Shown here in pieces: positions 8,863 through 18,432 of a stretch of 44,464 nucleotides of DNA. The stretch's first letter is position 1. Each line of letters opens with the position of its first letter. The notes below the pieces were generated by a model that worked only from the letters and a program-made list of their open reading frames with translations, had not been told where the DNA came from and made no database searches. This DNA is from a virus (Duplodnaviria; Caudoviricetes), in IMG/VR virus record IMGVR_UViG_3300005573_000143, positions 1 through 44,464 of that record. One strand, written 5' to 3'. The position numbers and the translations under genes are program-made.

Positions 8863-10893
8863 TTATCTCCTATTATTTTTTTCCATTATTGTTTTATTAA
8901 CTAACTCCTCAAGATAATTTAAAATTTCTTCATAAGGAGTATTATTATTAATTTCTTCATCCACAGCGACATTAAATATTTGGTCTATTTTTTCTGATGG
9001 AATTCCATTGTCTTCAAGTTCCTGTCTTTTCTTTTCTACTTCTTCCCAAAATTCTGGTGGATATTTTTCTTCATTATTTTCCTCTATCATTTGTGTTCCT
9101 TGTTCTGGAATTCCCTGGTTTGTTATTTGTTGTTCTTGCATTCCCATTTGAGCTTGTAATTGTTGATTTTGTAAAGCTTTTGCTTGTAATTGTAATTCAT
9201 AATCTTTTCTTAATTCTTCAATCATTTTTTCTGGGAAAAGACCAGGTATAGTTTCATTAGTCCATTCAATTAACATGTAAAAAGGCATATATTCTTGAAT
9301 TTTTGCATATTGCATATATTCTTTAATAATATTCCATTTAGCTTCTTTACTTAATAAGTTAGCGTCTTTTGTTTGAATTTCTATTTTATATAAATTATTT
9401 ATAATATCATCAGATGTTATTTGAATCATTTTCCCATATGTTTTCTTTATTACATTTCCAGATTTATCTTTTATTTCATTTTCATAATCAGGGTCCCAGA
9501 TAGATATAGCTCTACCCTCAATATAATTTGCAAGTAATCTTAATGCTTTTTCTGCTATTCTCGAAAAAGTTTTAAGAAATTTCTTTTCAATCATATTAGG
9601 TTCAGCGGCTGCAGATTGTTGTAAGGCATTCAATTTAGCTCCACTATAAGTCCCAACTGGATTTTCTCCGCCACTTAATACTCCCAGATTTCCCACTCTT
9701 TCTGTTAAATCTTGTTTTAGCATATTATAACGAGCATTATAATCACCAGCAGATATATAACCGATAGAAGGTAATAAAGGTGAAATTCTTTGGTTTACAT
9801 TACCAGTATAATGTCCACCAGGTTTTCTTGCTTTTAGCATTGATTTCAAATCAATATTAATTCCAAGAGTTGGTGGGTCTGCAAACATCATCCAGTTCCA
9901 ATCCATACTTGAAAGTAATTTATTAATTTCAACATTAATTGGTATAATATCTTTTGCAAGACTAGTCCCATACCATTTTATTAATACTTCTCCTCTAAAT
10001 ATTTCAAAGGGTAAATCATCATAAATGATTTGTTCTAATGGTTTGCGGTCTTTATCTTCTCTATCAACTAATTTTATCCATTTATTTTCATAAATCCAGA
10101 AATTTATCCATTTATTTTTACCAAGTTTATCCTTTGCTCTTATCCAATAAATGTCAACTTCTACAATATCCATATCATCTGGCTCTGTTTTTTTATAATC
10201 TGAGGTATAATCTGTCAATTCTTTCAATTCCCAATATTTTAATTTTAGAGTTTGAATAAAATAATCCGCTTCATCTATTTTAGTTGCTTCGGGGTCAACA
10301 TATACATTAACTGGATCTATATATCTAATTTTAATAGGAATAACAGTATTAGATTTATCTTCATCTATTTTAATTTGCACGAAACAATATCCATCAACCA
10401 GAGTTTCTTTTGCAAGAATTTCATATAATTCTTCGAGGTCATTTTCTTCATGAAATATAATTTTTAAAAGCAAATTAATTTTATGTAAGATTTCTTTATC
10501 ATAATTATAATCAGACTTTGCTCTAGCTACTGGCAAAGGTGATTTTTGCACAAAATAGCTAACTAATTTATTAATAGTTGATTTAGTAATATTATGTGTT
10601 CTTCTTGGTCTTTTATTAGCATCTGCTCCATCACTTTGAAATGTTGAACTAAAATCATAAATAGATTGTCCAAAAGCATTATAAACCAAAGAACTTTTGA
10701 TTTGTTTTTTAAAATCCCATTGGTCTCCAGCCACAAATCGTCTAATAACATCTTTATTTTGTAAAATATTTTCTTCTCTATCTTTTAAAGCGATATCTTT
10801 TAATTTCTTAAAAAAATCTATATTAACTTCTTTTACTTTAAAATTTCCATCTTTATCAAGATAATCACCTTTAAAGATTTTAGTTGTTAACAT
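8863..10893 (-). CDS. Portal protein (podovirus/P22-like)
   Basis: 676 aa after TerL; RFVAGDQW, NITKSTIN..V, IDPVNVYVDPEAT.IDEADYF, SGAKL..LQQ, Gln-rich C-terminal barrel region. Confidence 0.85.
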   Translation of the reverse strand: MLTTKIFKGDYLDKDGNFKVKEVNIDFFKKLKDIALKDREENILQNKDVIRRFVAGDQWDFKKQIKSSLVYNAFGQSIYDFSSTFQSDGADANKRPRRTHNITKSTINKLVSYFVQKSPLPVARAKSDYNYDKEILHKINLLLKIIFHEENDLEELYEILAKETLVDGYCFVQIKIDEDKSNTVIPIKIRYIDPVNVYVDPEATKIDEADYFIQTLKLKYWELKELTDYTSDYKKTEPDDMDIVEVDIYWIRAKDKLGKNKWINFWIYENKWIKLVDREDKDRKPLEQIIYDDLPFEIFRGEVLIKWYGTSLAKDIIPINVEINKLLSSMDWNWMMFADPPTLGINIDLKSMLKARKPGGHYTGNVNQRISPLLPSIGYISAGDYNARYNMLKQDLTERVGNLGVLSGGENPVGTYSGAKLNALQQSAAAEPNMIEKKFLKTFSRIAEKALRLLANYIEGRAISIWDPDYENEIKDKSGNVIKKTYGKMIQITSDDIINNLYKIEIQTKDANLLSKEAKWNIIKEYMQYAKIQEYMPFYMLIEWTNETIPGLFPEKMIEELRKDYELQLQAKALQNQQLQAQMGMQEQQITNQGIPEQGTQMIEENNEEKYPPEFWEEVEKKRQELEDNGIPSEKIDQIFNVAVDEEINNNTPYEEILNYLEELVNKTIMEKNNRR

Positions 10894-10905
10894 TCAATTC
10901 CTCCA

Positions 10906-11085
10906 TTAGAATTTAAAATAATTAATGAAATCACTTTTTGTAGTTTGTTTTTCATTGTATCTAACTTTATTATTTGCCAAAATATCATTAATTATATTTT
11001 TTATTTTTCTTCTCACATTTTCATCGATTTCTATAAGATATTCAATGTCTTCAATTATTTTAAGTATTTGTTTACTATCAAGCAT
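10906..11085 (-). CDS. Small hypothetical protein (59 aa)
   Basis: Not in the ORF track: MLDSKQILKIIEDIEYLIEIDENVRRKIKNIINDILANNKVRYNEKQTTKSDFINYFKF; GAGG RBS; fills the TerL-portal gap. Confidence 0.65.
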   Translation of the reverse strand: MLDSKQILKIIEDIEYLIEIDENVRRKIKNIINDILANNKVRYNEKQTTKSDFINYFKF

Positions 11086-11100
11086 TTTTACCTCACTTAT

Positions 11101-12741
11101 TTAATAATATATCCATTGATCTATATCCTCATCATCAGCATTTGTATAAATTATTGATTGAGAATATAGGTCATCGATAGTTTGTATTTTTGATTTTTCT
11201 TCTTCTTGTCTTTTTGTTTTTCTATTTATTCCATCAAGATAGCCCCATCCGTTTAATACTCTATCAGCAAATAAAGTCATCATTACAAGGTCATCGTCAG
11301 AATATTTAAATTCAGCCTGATATTTTTGACAACCTCTTATTTTTGTTCCATGATAAAAAATTCCATTATGAGTTTTTGTTTCCCCTCTATCCTCTTTTAC
11401 AAAATGTTCAAATTGAATTTTAGTCATTTCGCAATGGAGTAATAATTTTCCATTTTCTAAATCTTTTTTAGTTTGAGCCACCATTTGACTTTTATTACTT
11501 GGATCTGTTACAATACCAAACTTAAAGCTCAATTGAGTAGTTTGTTTTAATTGCTGATTAATAACGTCAACATACAAATTTTTATAACCCAATTTTTTCA
11601 TATCACTCATTACAGCAAATCCACAACCTTTCAATTCACCAGCCGCCAATGCATTATTATAATATTCTCCAAGTGGCATAATAATATTTTTAGCAAGTAA
11701 TTCATAGTTATAGATATTTGAAAACCATACTGCTATTTGTTCCCCTGTTTCATCAAATATTCCAATTGCAGTTGCATTTTTTCCTATTCCTTCCGATACA
11801 TCCCAGGCTATAACATAATTCATATTATCTTGTTTTTCTTTAAAAACACGTAAAAAACCAGCCTCATTAGGAACAATGTCACCACCGATTACATCGAATC
11901 TTTTTGGAATGATTTCTACATAGTTACTCTCATTCCATATGGTTGGAGGAAACATTAGCTGGTGATTACGTTCTTTAAATTTTCCATAAAGTAAAATTTC
12001 TTTATCAATTTCATCAACCTCATTAGCTATTCTATTAGCTTCTTCTGGAGGAAGTTTAGGATTGTCCTTAAATTCATAACGACCAATAAATACATAATCT
12101 TTATTTCTGAGCTCATATACCCAATCATCTTCCTCAAGTTTATCCATTGTATATATTAAATATCCATTTTCATCTACGATTCTCATTCTTAATTGTTTCC
12201 TAATTTGCTCATTATAAATTCTTTCATCTTTTAATGCCCAATGAATTTTTACAGAAGTGAAAGAATCAATCCCCTGTTCTTCACTTTTAAATACAATTTT
12301 GCTTCCGTTATTAAATTCAATCCAATATTCTCTATCTTTTTTATTTTTAACAAAAGCTTTAATTCTATTCAAAGGCAATCTTTCTTCAAATTTGTCTATC
12401 ATTCCACCAGGTTCCCACAACTTTTCAAATTTCTGAACTATAACCCAGCCAATATTTGGTACTTCTAATTTAATAAACGGATGTTCACCTAACGCTAACC
12501 AACAAACATCTTGTATTGCCATAGTAGTCTTTCCGCTTCGTGGTGAACCTTCAAGAATTCTAATCTTTTTACCACATCTGTGAAAATCAAGATATTTATA
12601 TTTGTTTTCTGTGCAATTATCATCTGGGTCTAACCGTAATGGAATATAATTATAATAAGGATATTTCATTCTATTTTTAATTTCATTATAAATGTGCCTT
12701 AATCTTTCAATCTTATATTCAACTGTTTCCCTAATATTCAT
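11101..12741 (-). CDS. terL: Terminase large subunit
   Basis: Walker A GSPRSGKTT, NGSKIVFKS, Walker B WALKDE, nuclease IAWDVSEG...DDDLVM. Start at 12741 forms a TAATG overlap with the upstream stop. Confidence 0.92.
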   Translation of the reverse strand: MNIRETVEYKIERLRHIYNEIKNRMKYPYYNYIPLRLDPDDNCTENKYKYLDFHRCGKKIRILEGSPRSGKTTMAIQDVCWLALGEHPFIKLEVPNIGWVIVQKFEKLWEPGGMIDKFEERLPLNRIKAFVKNKKDREYWIEFNNGSKIVFKSEEQGIDSFTSVKIHWALKDERIYNEQIRKQLRMRIVDENGYLIYTMDKLEEDDWVYELRNKDYVFIGRYEFKDNPKLPPEEANRIANEVDEIDKEILLYGKFKERNHQLMFPPTIWNESNYVEIIPKRFDVIGGDIVPNEAGFLRVFKEKQDNMNYVIAWDVSEGIGKNATAIGIFDETGEQIAVWFSNIYNYELLAKNIIMPLGEYYNNALAAGELKGCGFAVMSDMKKLGYKNLYVDVINQQLKQTTQLSFKFGIVTDPSNKSQMVAQTKKDLENGKLLLHCEMTKIQFEHFVKEDRGETKTHNGIFYHGTKIRGCQKYQAEFKYSDDDLVMMTLFADRVLNGWGYLDGINRKTKRQEEEKSKIQTIDDLYSQSIIYTNADDEDIDQWIYY

Positions 12742-13220
12742 TAGGCACTCTCTCCTTCTTGCTTTTCTACTATGTTCTTCCAATTATTTTTTCTGATAAA
12801 AACTAAAACATCATTGTATAAACTATTAAATTCATTAAATAATTCCTCAACACTTTTGTTAGCCAACTCTAAATCATCTTTTTCTATAATTTCACCAAAT
12901 TTCTTTTTGTGATCCATAATCATCTTAAACCAATATTTTTTATCATCTTCTGTCTCTGCCGTTCTATATTTCTCCTGTGCTTCTTTAAGAAGCCAAATTA
13001 TTGATGGTATTGGTTTTGCTTCAATGTCCGAAGACATTAACTCTACTAATGCTTTAATCGTAGGATGTTTCTTGTATCTATAAGCAGTCTGTCTATTAAA
13101 TCCTGTTTCCTTTATAATTTTTGCTATAGATTTATTCTTTTTATAACTTTCCCAGAATTTCTTTAATCTACCATCCATGCTACTTTCTATGATTTCTATA
13201 ACCCTGTCTATGTTTAACAT
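12741..13220 (-). CDS. terS: Putative terminase small subunit
   Basis: HTH-like IAKIIKETGFNRQTAYRY; directly upstream of and translationally coupled to TerL. Confidence 0.65.
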   Translation of the reverse strand: MLNIDRVIEIIESSMDGRLKKFWESYKKNKSIAKIIKETGFNRQTAYRYKKHPTIKALVELMSSDIEAKPIPSIIWLLKEAQEKYRTAETEDDKKYWFKMIMDHKKKFGEIIEKDDLELANKSVEELFNEFNSLYNDVLVFIRKNNWKNIVEKQEGESA

Positions 13221-13270
13221 CTCATCACCTCAAAATGTATATTTTTTTATACATGTATCTTTTTATATAC

Positions 13271-13297
13271 ATTATACCTTATATATACTAATGTCAA
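13271..13297 (-). promoter_or_regulatory. Sigma70-type promoter for the structural arm
   Basis: Minus strand TTGACA-N15-TATAAT about 50 nt upstream of TerS. Confidence 0.7.
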
Positions 13298-14030
13298 ATT
13301 TCTAATTTCTTATATGGCTTTGTTAAATATCTTCATTATATCCTGTATACCTTTATATACATGTATACTTTTGTATACACTATAAAACAATATATCACCT
13401 GTTATTAAAATTAAAATTGGTAAAATCTAAATATTAAACTTCCTGGAAGTTCAAAATTTGAAAGTTTAAAATTTGAAAGTTTAAAAAGAATAAATAAATA
13501 TGGGCGTTTAAAATAAAAATAAAAAATAAGATGAAAAATAAAAAAAAAGAAAAAAGAAAAAAGAGAGAGATGAAAGTCTTAATCTCATATGAACTTTACT
13601 ATAAAACTGAATTTTTGGATACCCCAGTATGTAATATTGTATCAATTTAGCATATATCATGTCACAATAACACAAAGCATAAAGTAACTGAGTCTTTTTG
13701 AAATAAACTTTTGAGATATAAAGAAATGAACTTAACATAATGCATCTTATAAGAAATTAAAGAAACTTTTTGAAAGTAAAGAAAAAACAAAAGAGAAAGG
13801 TATATATAAAAGAAGGAAGCAATACCTTTTTATTTTTTTTTATTTCTTTTCTAATTTATTTTTTATTTCTTTTCTAATTTACTTTTTTTATTTCCTTTTT
13901 TATTTTTTTTTAAACAAGCGAAAAAGGAACAAAAAGAACCATTTTTTTATTTCTACTATTATATATTATATTATTATTATTTTATTTTATTATTTATTAT
14001 TGTATTTATTATTGCTTTAGAGATACATAA

Positions 14031-14058
14031 AGCATAAAGCATACCAAAAGTTTGTCAA
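14031..14058 (-). promoter_or_regulatory. Possible second leftward promoter
   Basis: Minus strand TTGACA-N16-TATGCT. Confidence 0.4.
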
Positions 14059-14391
14059 GTTTCGAAGCGAAATAATTGTAGTATTTTTTTCTATACACAT
14101 CATGTATACATTTCCATACAATTATTACACACTGTATCTTATTACATTATCGAGAATTACGACATTATATTTTTCAGTGTATACTTTTTTCTGACTCATG
14201 TATGAAAAAGAATACTTTTTTATTCCCTTTTTTATTACTTATTATTTATTTTTCTCAACAAAAAAGTTTTTATCTTATTTACTTGCTTATATTTATACTA
14301 TTCTGACAAGGAATTGGCATATGGATTGCATATATATAGCAGAAGCAAAAAAAGTTAAAAAACATTTGACTTTTTTTGAAGGAGGAAATAT

Positions 14392-14799
14392 ATGAAAGAA
14401 GAAGCAACAACAACTCTCTGGGAAGAACTTGCAGAAAAAAGAAAGATGAACCTGAATTCTATACTTTTAGGGAAGGTTTCTATTAAGATTAAGATAACGG
14501 GTTCTGTCATTGCTGGGCTGTTACTTTCTGAATTGGACGACCTCGTCAGTCAAAAAGGGTCTGATGAAATTAGTGAGCAAGATTTGCTACAAAAAACTTT
14601 ATTATCACCAGAAGAATTTAAAATTGCAAAAGGGATTTTATGCGAAAAAGGATTTATTAAAAATAAAGAAGGAGATATTTATTACGTTGATTATGAAAAA
14701 GTCTACAACGCTATGGAAAATGTAGAAGAAGAAGGCGTAAAAAAAACAACGGTTAATTATAAAAGAGTAGGTGACAATAAAACATATAAGTTTGTATAA
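14392..14799 (+). CDS. wHTH protein, stand-alone paralog of the initiator N-terminal domain (copy 1)
   Basis: ITGSVIAGLLLSEL...LLSPEEFKIAKGILCEKGFI aligns with FTGDVNSALLLSQL...LNKYKTMTAKKHLEKLGVI of 24810; GGAGG RBS. Confidence 0.7.
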   Translation: MKEEATTTLWEELAEKRKMNLNSILLGKVSIKIKITGSVIAGLLLSELDDLVSQKGSDEISEQDLLQKTLLSPEEFKIAKGILCEKGFIKNKEGDIYYVDYEKVYNAMENVEEEGVKKTTVNYKRVGDNKTYKFV

Positions 14800-14806
14800 A
14801 ACATAA
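14572..14806 (+). repeat. 235-bp dispersed direct repeat, copy 1
   Basis: Matches 24192-24426 with 2 mismatches. Confidence 0.93.
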
Positions 14807-14858
14807 TCGGGGGAGTTATCCCCCGTGCATTTATTTTTTTAAGGAGGAAATATAATAT

Positions 14859-15164
14859 ATGAGAAGTTATCAAAGTAGTATTCAAAGTACAAGAAGTCGC
14901 TTTCTTCTTCGGAAGGGGAAAGCAGTGTGGTATGACTGGTATAGTCATCCAAACGGAGCTCGATGGATAGTTCTATATCACGAACAATTTTACAAAATTA
15001 TTCACGATGGAACCGGAAACCAATTCTTTTGCTCTCACGCCCCCCGCAAAATTTCTGAAGCGGAGGCGAAGGAAATATTGAGCGAATATGAAAAGGCATG
15101 GGAAGAAGCCCGAAAACTATGGAACTGGGAAAGTTTGGACGAATATCTAGAAAAAAACATATAA
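14859..15164 (+). CDS. Hypothetical protein (copy 1)
   Basis: AAGGAGG RBS; identical to 15231..15536. Confidence 0.8.
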   Translation: MRSYQSSIQSTRSRFLLRKGKAVWYDWYSHPNGARWIVLYHEQFYKIIHDGTGNQFFCSHAPRKISEAEAKEILSEYEKAWEEARKLWNWESLDEYLEKNI

Positions 15165-15230
15165 AATAGGAGGCAAACTCGGGGGAGTTATCCCCCGTGC
15201 ATTTATTTTTTTAAGGAGGAAATATAATAT

Positions 15231-15536
15231 ATGAGAAGTTATCAAAGTAGTATTCAAAGTACAAGAAGTCGCTTTCTTCTTCGGAAGGGGAAAGCAGTGT
15301 GGTATGACTGGTATAGTCATCCAAACGGAGCTCGATGGATAGTTCTATATCACGAACAATTTTACAAAATTATTCACGATGGAACCGGAAACCAATTCTT
15401 TTGCTCTCACGCCCCCCGCAAAATTTCTGAAGCGGAGGCGAAGGAAATATTGAGCGAATATGAAAAGGCATGGGAAGAAGCCCGAAAACTATGGAACTGG
15501 GAAAGTTTGGACGAATATCTAGAAAAAAACATATAA
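15231..15536 (+). CDS. Hypothetical protein (copy 2)
   Basis: Identical duplicate of 14859..15164. Confidence 0.75.
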   Translation: MRSYQSSIQSTRSRFLLRKGKAVWYDWYSHPNGARWIVLYHEQFYKIIHDGTGNQFFCSHAPRKISEAEAKEILSEYEKAWEEARKLWNWESLDEYLEKNI

Positions 15537-15623
15537 AATAGGAGGCAAACTCGGGGGAGTTATCCCCCGTGCATTTATTTTTATTCGAAAAATATATATA
15601 TTTTTTTTATTAAGGAGGTTATT

Positions 15624-16202
15624 ATGAAGATTTTTACAATTAGACCCCCAGAGATAAAAGAGGGGGTTGGAGTGGAAAAGTTAACTCTCTCAAATGGTGT
15701 CGTGATAGACACTATCCAAATTGGAGAGAGTGGAAGAGGTAGAAAGTTGGGAGTAGTCCCAGTAAAGCTTCTCACAGAGTGGGATGGGAAAGGTGGTAGA
15801 ACAATTAAGAATGTAACGCTTGGCACGACACAGAGTGGAAACCCGAAGTTTTATGAAATTCCAGCCGAACAAGACAAGGATGAAAAGTTTGTCCTTGTCT
15901 TTAGGACAAAATTTGGTTTTCGTGGCAGAAATTATCATTATACCATCTCTCCAGCTGGGGAAAAACAACAATTTGGAGATGTTGAAAATGAAGATTTCAA
16001 ACTTCTCGTTAGGGGAGTTGTTGCGGACGGACAAGCTGGATGTATGGCGTGGGGCTATCAATTTATTGTTGTTGTAAAACCCCCATTAAAAATCTTCGTC
16101 CAGCTGACTGGACGATTATATGGACACCCTGGAGAGTTTAATTTTTATGTAAAAAAAGATGGGGTTAGTGTCTTAACCCCTGAAGAAGAAGCTTTGCTAT
16201 AA
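15624..16202 (+). CDS. Hypothetical Gly-rich beta protein
   Basis: AAGGAGG RBS; visibly higher GC than its neighbours; no recognised motif. Confidence 0.8.
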   Translation: MKIFTIRPPEIKEGVGVEKLTLSNGVVIDTIQIGESGRGRKLGVVPVKLLTEWDGKGGRTIKNVTLGTTQSGNPKFYEIPAEQDKDEKFVLVFRTKFGFRGRNYHYTISPAGEKQQFGDVENEDFKLLVRGVVADGQAGCMAWGYQFIVVVKPPLKIFVQLTGRLYGHPGEFNFYVKKDGVSVLTPEEEALL

Positions 16203-16224
16203 AATATTATAAAGGAGGAAATAT

Positions 16225-17064
16225 ATGAAAAGAAGAATAATAGGACACAGTAATGTTGATTTCGATTGTTTGCTCGCAACATATTTAGCTGAAAGGTATT
16301 TCGTTCAGCAGGGTGATGAGGTTACTATCATTTTTGATAGTAACTGTAGTAAGGGTGGATTTGAAATAAAGGGGGGAGATGTTTTTGTTGATATGTTCCC
16401 CTCTTCTGATGAGACCGTTTGGCCTAAAAACGAAACCTTTTATTTATTTGACCATCACAAATACCCGTATCTACTTGAAGAAAGCGCAAGTAATAGTGTA
16501 TTTAAGAATTTATATAATTTAAATCCAGTTTATGCAAGGTTGGTTGAAGAGGCTAATAACGAAGACCATCTAAGGGATTTAAATTATAACGGGATTAATA
16601 TTCGATGGTATTTGAATTACCTTAAAGAGACCCTTAAGGATGATTACAAGGTATATGAAGAAATGAAGAAGCTATTTGATTATATAGTGTCAGTTGAGGA
16701 AAAGAGAGTTGAGGCTAAAAAGGAATTCGAAAAAATGGGTGGAAAAATAGAAGAGGTAAAGGGAAAGAAAATTGCAATTGTTGAAGGAAATTTACAACCA
16801 TATATGAGTGGATGGTTATATGATGAAATGGGAGTGAGTTTTATAGTATATAGAGATGGTTTTAATATTGGAATATTGAGAAGTGTAAATGAGACATTTA
16901 ATTTGAATATTGTAAAAAGCAAAATGACATTTGAAAATAAAGACAAGTGGTTTTGCCACCCACAGGGATTTATATTTTGCTGGGGAAGTAAGAAATTCCC
17001 AGCAACAGAAGATAGTGGAGTGGGTATAGAAGATTTATTTCAATTGCTTATAAGTTGTTTATAA
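16225..17064 (+). CDS. DHH-superfamily phosphoesterase (MYG1-like)
   Basis: GHSNVDFDC, VFVD, FDHH motifs and C-terminal FCHPQGFI. Confidence 0.7.
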   Translation: MKRRIIGHSNVDFDCLLATYLAERYFVQQGDEVTIIFDSNCSKGGFEIKGGDVFVDMFPSSDETVWPKNETFYLFDHHKYPYLLEESASNSVFKNLYNLNPVYARLVEEANNEDHLRDLNYNGINIRWYLNYLKETLKDDYKVYEEMKKLFDYIVSVEEKRVEAKKEFEKMGGKIEEVKGKKIAIVEGNLQPYMSGWLYDEMGVSFIVYRDGFNIGILRSVNETFNLNIVKSKMTFENKDKWFCHPQGFIFCWGSKKFPATEDSGVGIEDLFQLLISCL

Positions 17065-17081
17065 AAAAAAGGAGGTTATAT

Positions 17082-17411
17082 ATGAAAAGAATAACATTAG
17101 TAGATTTAAATGCACCAGAGATAGTTTTTCAAAATATTTTTAGATGGCCTTATGGTGCTTCGTTGTTGTCACCTACTAATGAGGAAGATGAAAGGCAAAA
17201 ACTTAATGAGATTTATAATTGGTTGTCTGGGCTGAATGAAAAATATGATTTAGGATTGGAAATTAAAATTTCAAATAATGTTGTTGAAGCGTTTAAAGGA
17301 AATAAAAAAGTTTCATATTTTTACTATAAGCATGATAATAGAGGTATATTTAAAAATCAAGATTTCAGAGGAATTTTAAAACTTATAAAAGTATATTTTA
17401 GCAGAAAATAA
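17082..17411 (+). CDS. Hypothetical protein, paralog of 24439..24768
   Basis: Shared KRITL.DLN.P.IV..N..RW...E..KL...Y.WL..LNE...LG...YF.Y.......K.QDFR..LKLIK; start at the GGAGG-preceded ATG. Confidence 0.8.
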   Translation: MKRITLVDLNAPEIVFQNIFRWPYGASLLSPTNEEDERQKLNEIYNWLSGLNEKYDLGLEIKISNNVVEAFKGNKKVSYFYYKHDNRGIFKNQDFRGILKLIKVYFSRK

Positions 17412-17423
17412 TTAAACCAATTT

Positions 17424-17453
17424 CGGGGCTTATGCCCCGTGTCTTTATTTTAT
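17424..17453 (+). terminator. Type-2 intergenic hairpin (terminator-like)
   Basis: CGGGGC-TTAT-GCCCCG then TGTCTTTATTTTAT; identical copy at 18708. Confidence 0.7.
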
Positions 17454-17518
17454 TTTTTCTTTTCTTAGTGATGATATAAGAAGAGGACAGCAAATTGAAT
17501 AAAAAAATTAAAAAATAC

Positions 17519-17545
17519 TTGACTTTTTTTAAAATGTGTTATAAT
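17519..17545 (+). promoter_or_regulatory. Early promoter
   Basis: A-tract UP element, TTGACT-N15-TATAAT with TGn extension. Confidence 0.75.
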
Positions 17546-17617
17546 GTTTACATAAAACATAATTTTGAAGTTAATTGAGACAAAAGTAATTTTGTAAAGT
17601 ATATAAGGAGGAAGTAT

Positions 17618-18112
17618 ATGAATGAAAGAGAAAAAAGAGAAAGAAGAATTTTTAGAAGGTTGGTTAGGTTTTTAAAAGACAATGATAATGATAATGATTT
17701 TGATTCAGAGAAGACGAAAAGATTTGAAGAGGAGACTGGAATAAGTATTAATATGATTTACGATATTTTGTATGATTATGTATATGATGATTTTGATGAG
17801 TATGCTTATAATTGGATGAACGGTTATGAAGATACAATTGATTTTTCAGGGTCTTGGGATGATTTAAAAAGTTATGAAAGGGATAATCTTATCAACGGTG
17901 TAACCGAAGGGTATTATCTCTATAAAAAAGAAAATAAATATAAAGAGATTAACGATATTGAGAATATTAAAAATTTTAAAGAATTTGTTGAATATGCATA
18001 TTGTTTGCATCTTTTAGACAATAATGATATAGAGAAGGTTGTTGGAAAAAATTATAATAGAATTGCTGAAAGATTTAATTATGATGATGAAGATGAAGAA
18101 GATGAAGATTAA
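17618..18112 (+). CDS. Highly acidic hypothetical protein
   Basis: Asp/Glu/Tyr-rich with tail DDEDEEDED; has its own promoter and RBS. Confidence 0.8.
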   Translation: MNEREKRERRIFRRLVRFLKDNDNDNDFDSEKTKRFEEETGISINMIYDILYDYVYDDFDEYAYNWMNGYEDTIDFSGSWDDLKSYERDNLINGVTEGYYLYKKENKYKEINDIENIKNFKEFVEYAYCLHLLDNNDIEKVVGKNYNRIAERFNYDDEDEEDED

Positions 18113-18162
18113 TTTTTTGATTGAAAAAGAAGCCGAAAGGTTAAAATTAATTAATATTTTCT

Positions 18163-18194
18163 CGGGGGAGTTATCCCCCGTGCATTTATTTTTT
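18163..18194 (+). terminator. Type-1 intergenic hairpin, fourth copy
   Basis: CGGGGGA-GTTA-TCCCCCG-TGCATTTATTTTTT, as at 14808, 15180 and 15552. Confidence 0.75.
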
Positions 18195-18227
18195 AAAGAT
18201 TTTACTTATAGTTACAGGAGGTGCTTT

Positions 18228-18326
18228 ATGAAAGAGAAAAAAAGCAAAAAGGGAATTATATATTTAAAAAGAATTAATTTAAATTTAGAAAAAAGAAAAA
18301 AATATTTAGTATGGCAAATTTTATAA
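18228..18326 (+). CDS. Possible 32-aa basic peptide
   Basis: AGGAGG RBS 7 nt upstream of the ATG; MKEKKSKKGIIYLKRINLNLEKRKKYLVWQIL. Confidence 0.4.
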   Translation: MKEKKSKKGIIYLKRINLNLEKRKKYLVWQIL

Positions 18327-18375
18327 ATCTTATAAATAAAAACAAGAAGAATGAATAAAAAAAATTAAAAAATAC

Positions 18376-18402
18376 TTGACTTTTTTTAGAGTATGTTATT
18401 AT
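18376..18402 (+). promoter_or_regulatory. Early promoter
   Basis: Same upstream block as at 17497 (GAATAAAAAAATTAAAAAATACTTGACTTTTTT); TGnTATTAT. Confidence 0.7.
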
Positions 18403-18432
18403 TATATAAAGTATAAAGAAAGGAGGAAGTAT

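Larger units (their letters stand above)
13221..14391. other. Non-coding divergent control region
   Basis: No convincing ORF; very AT-rich; clusters of TATAC/GTATAC, tandem AAATTTGAAAGTTTA x2 near 13455, tandem TTTTATTTCTTTTCTAATTTA x2 near 13838. Confidence 0.7.
14807..15582 (+). repeat. Exact 372-bp tandem duplication bounded by hairpins
   Basis: TCGGGGGAGTTATCCCCCGTGCATTTATTTTT starts at 14807, 15179 and 15551; the two intervening units are identical. Confidence 0.93.

Noticed and set aside
13508-14395. ORFs 13508..13738 (-) and 14198..14395 (+)
   Set aside because: Low-complexity Phe/Tyr-rich translations of T-tracts with no RBS; probably non-coding.
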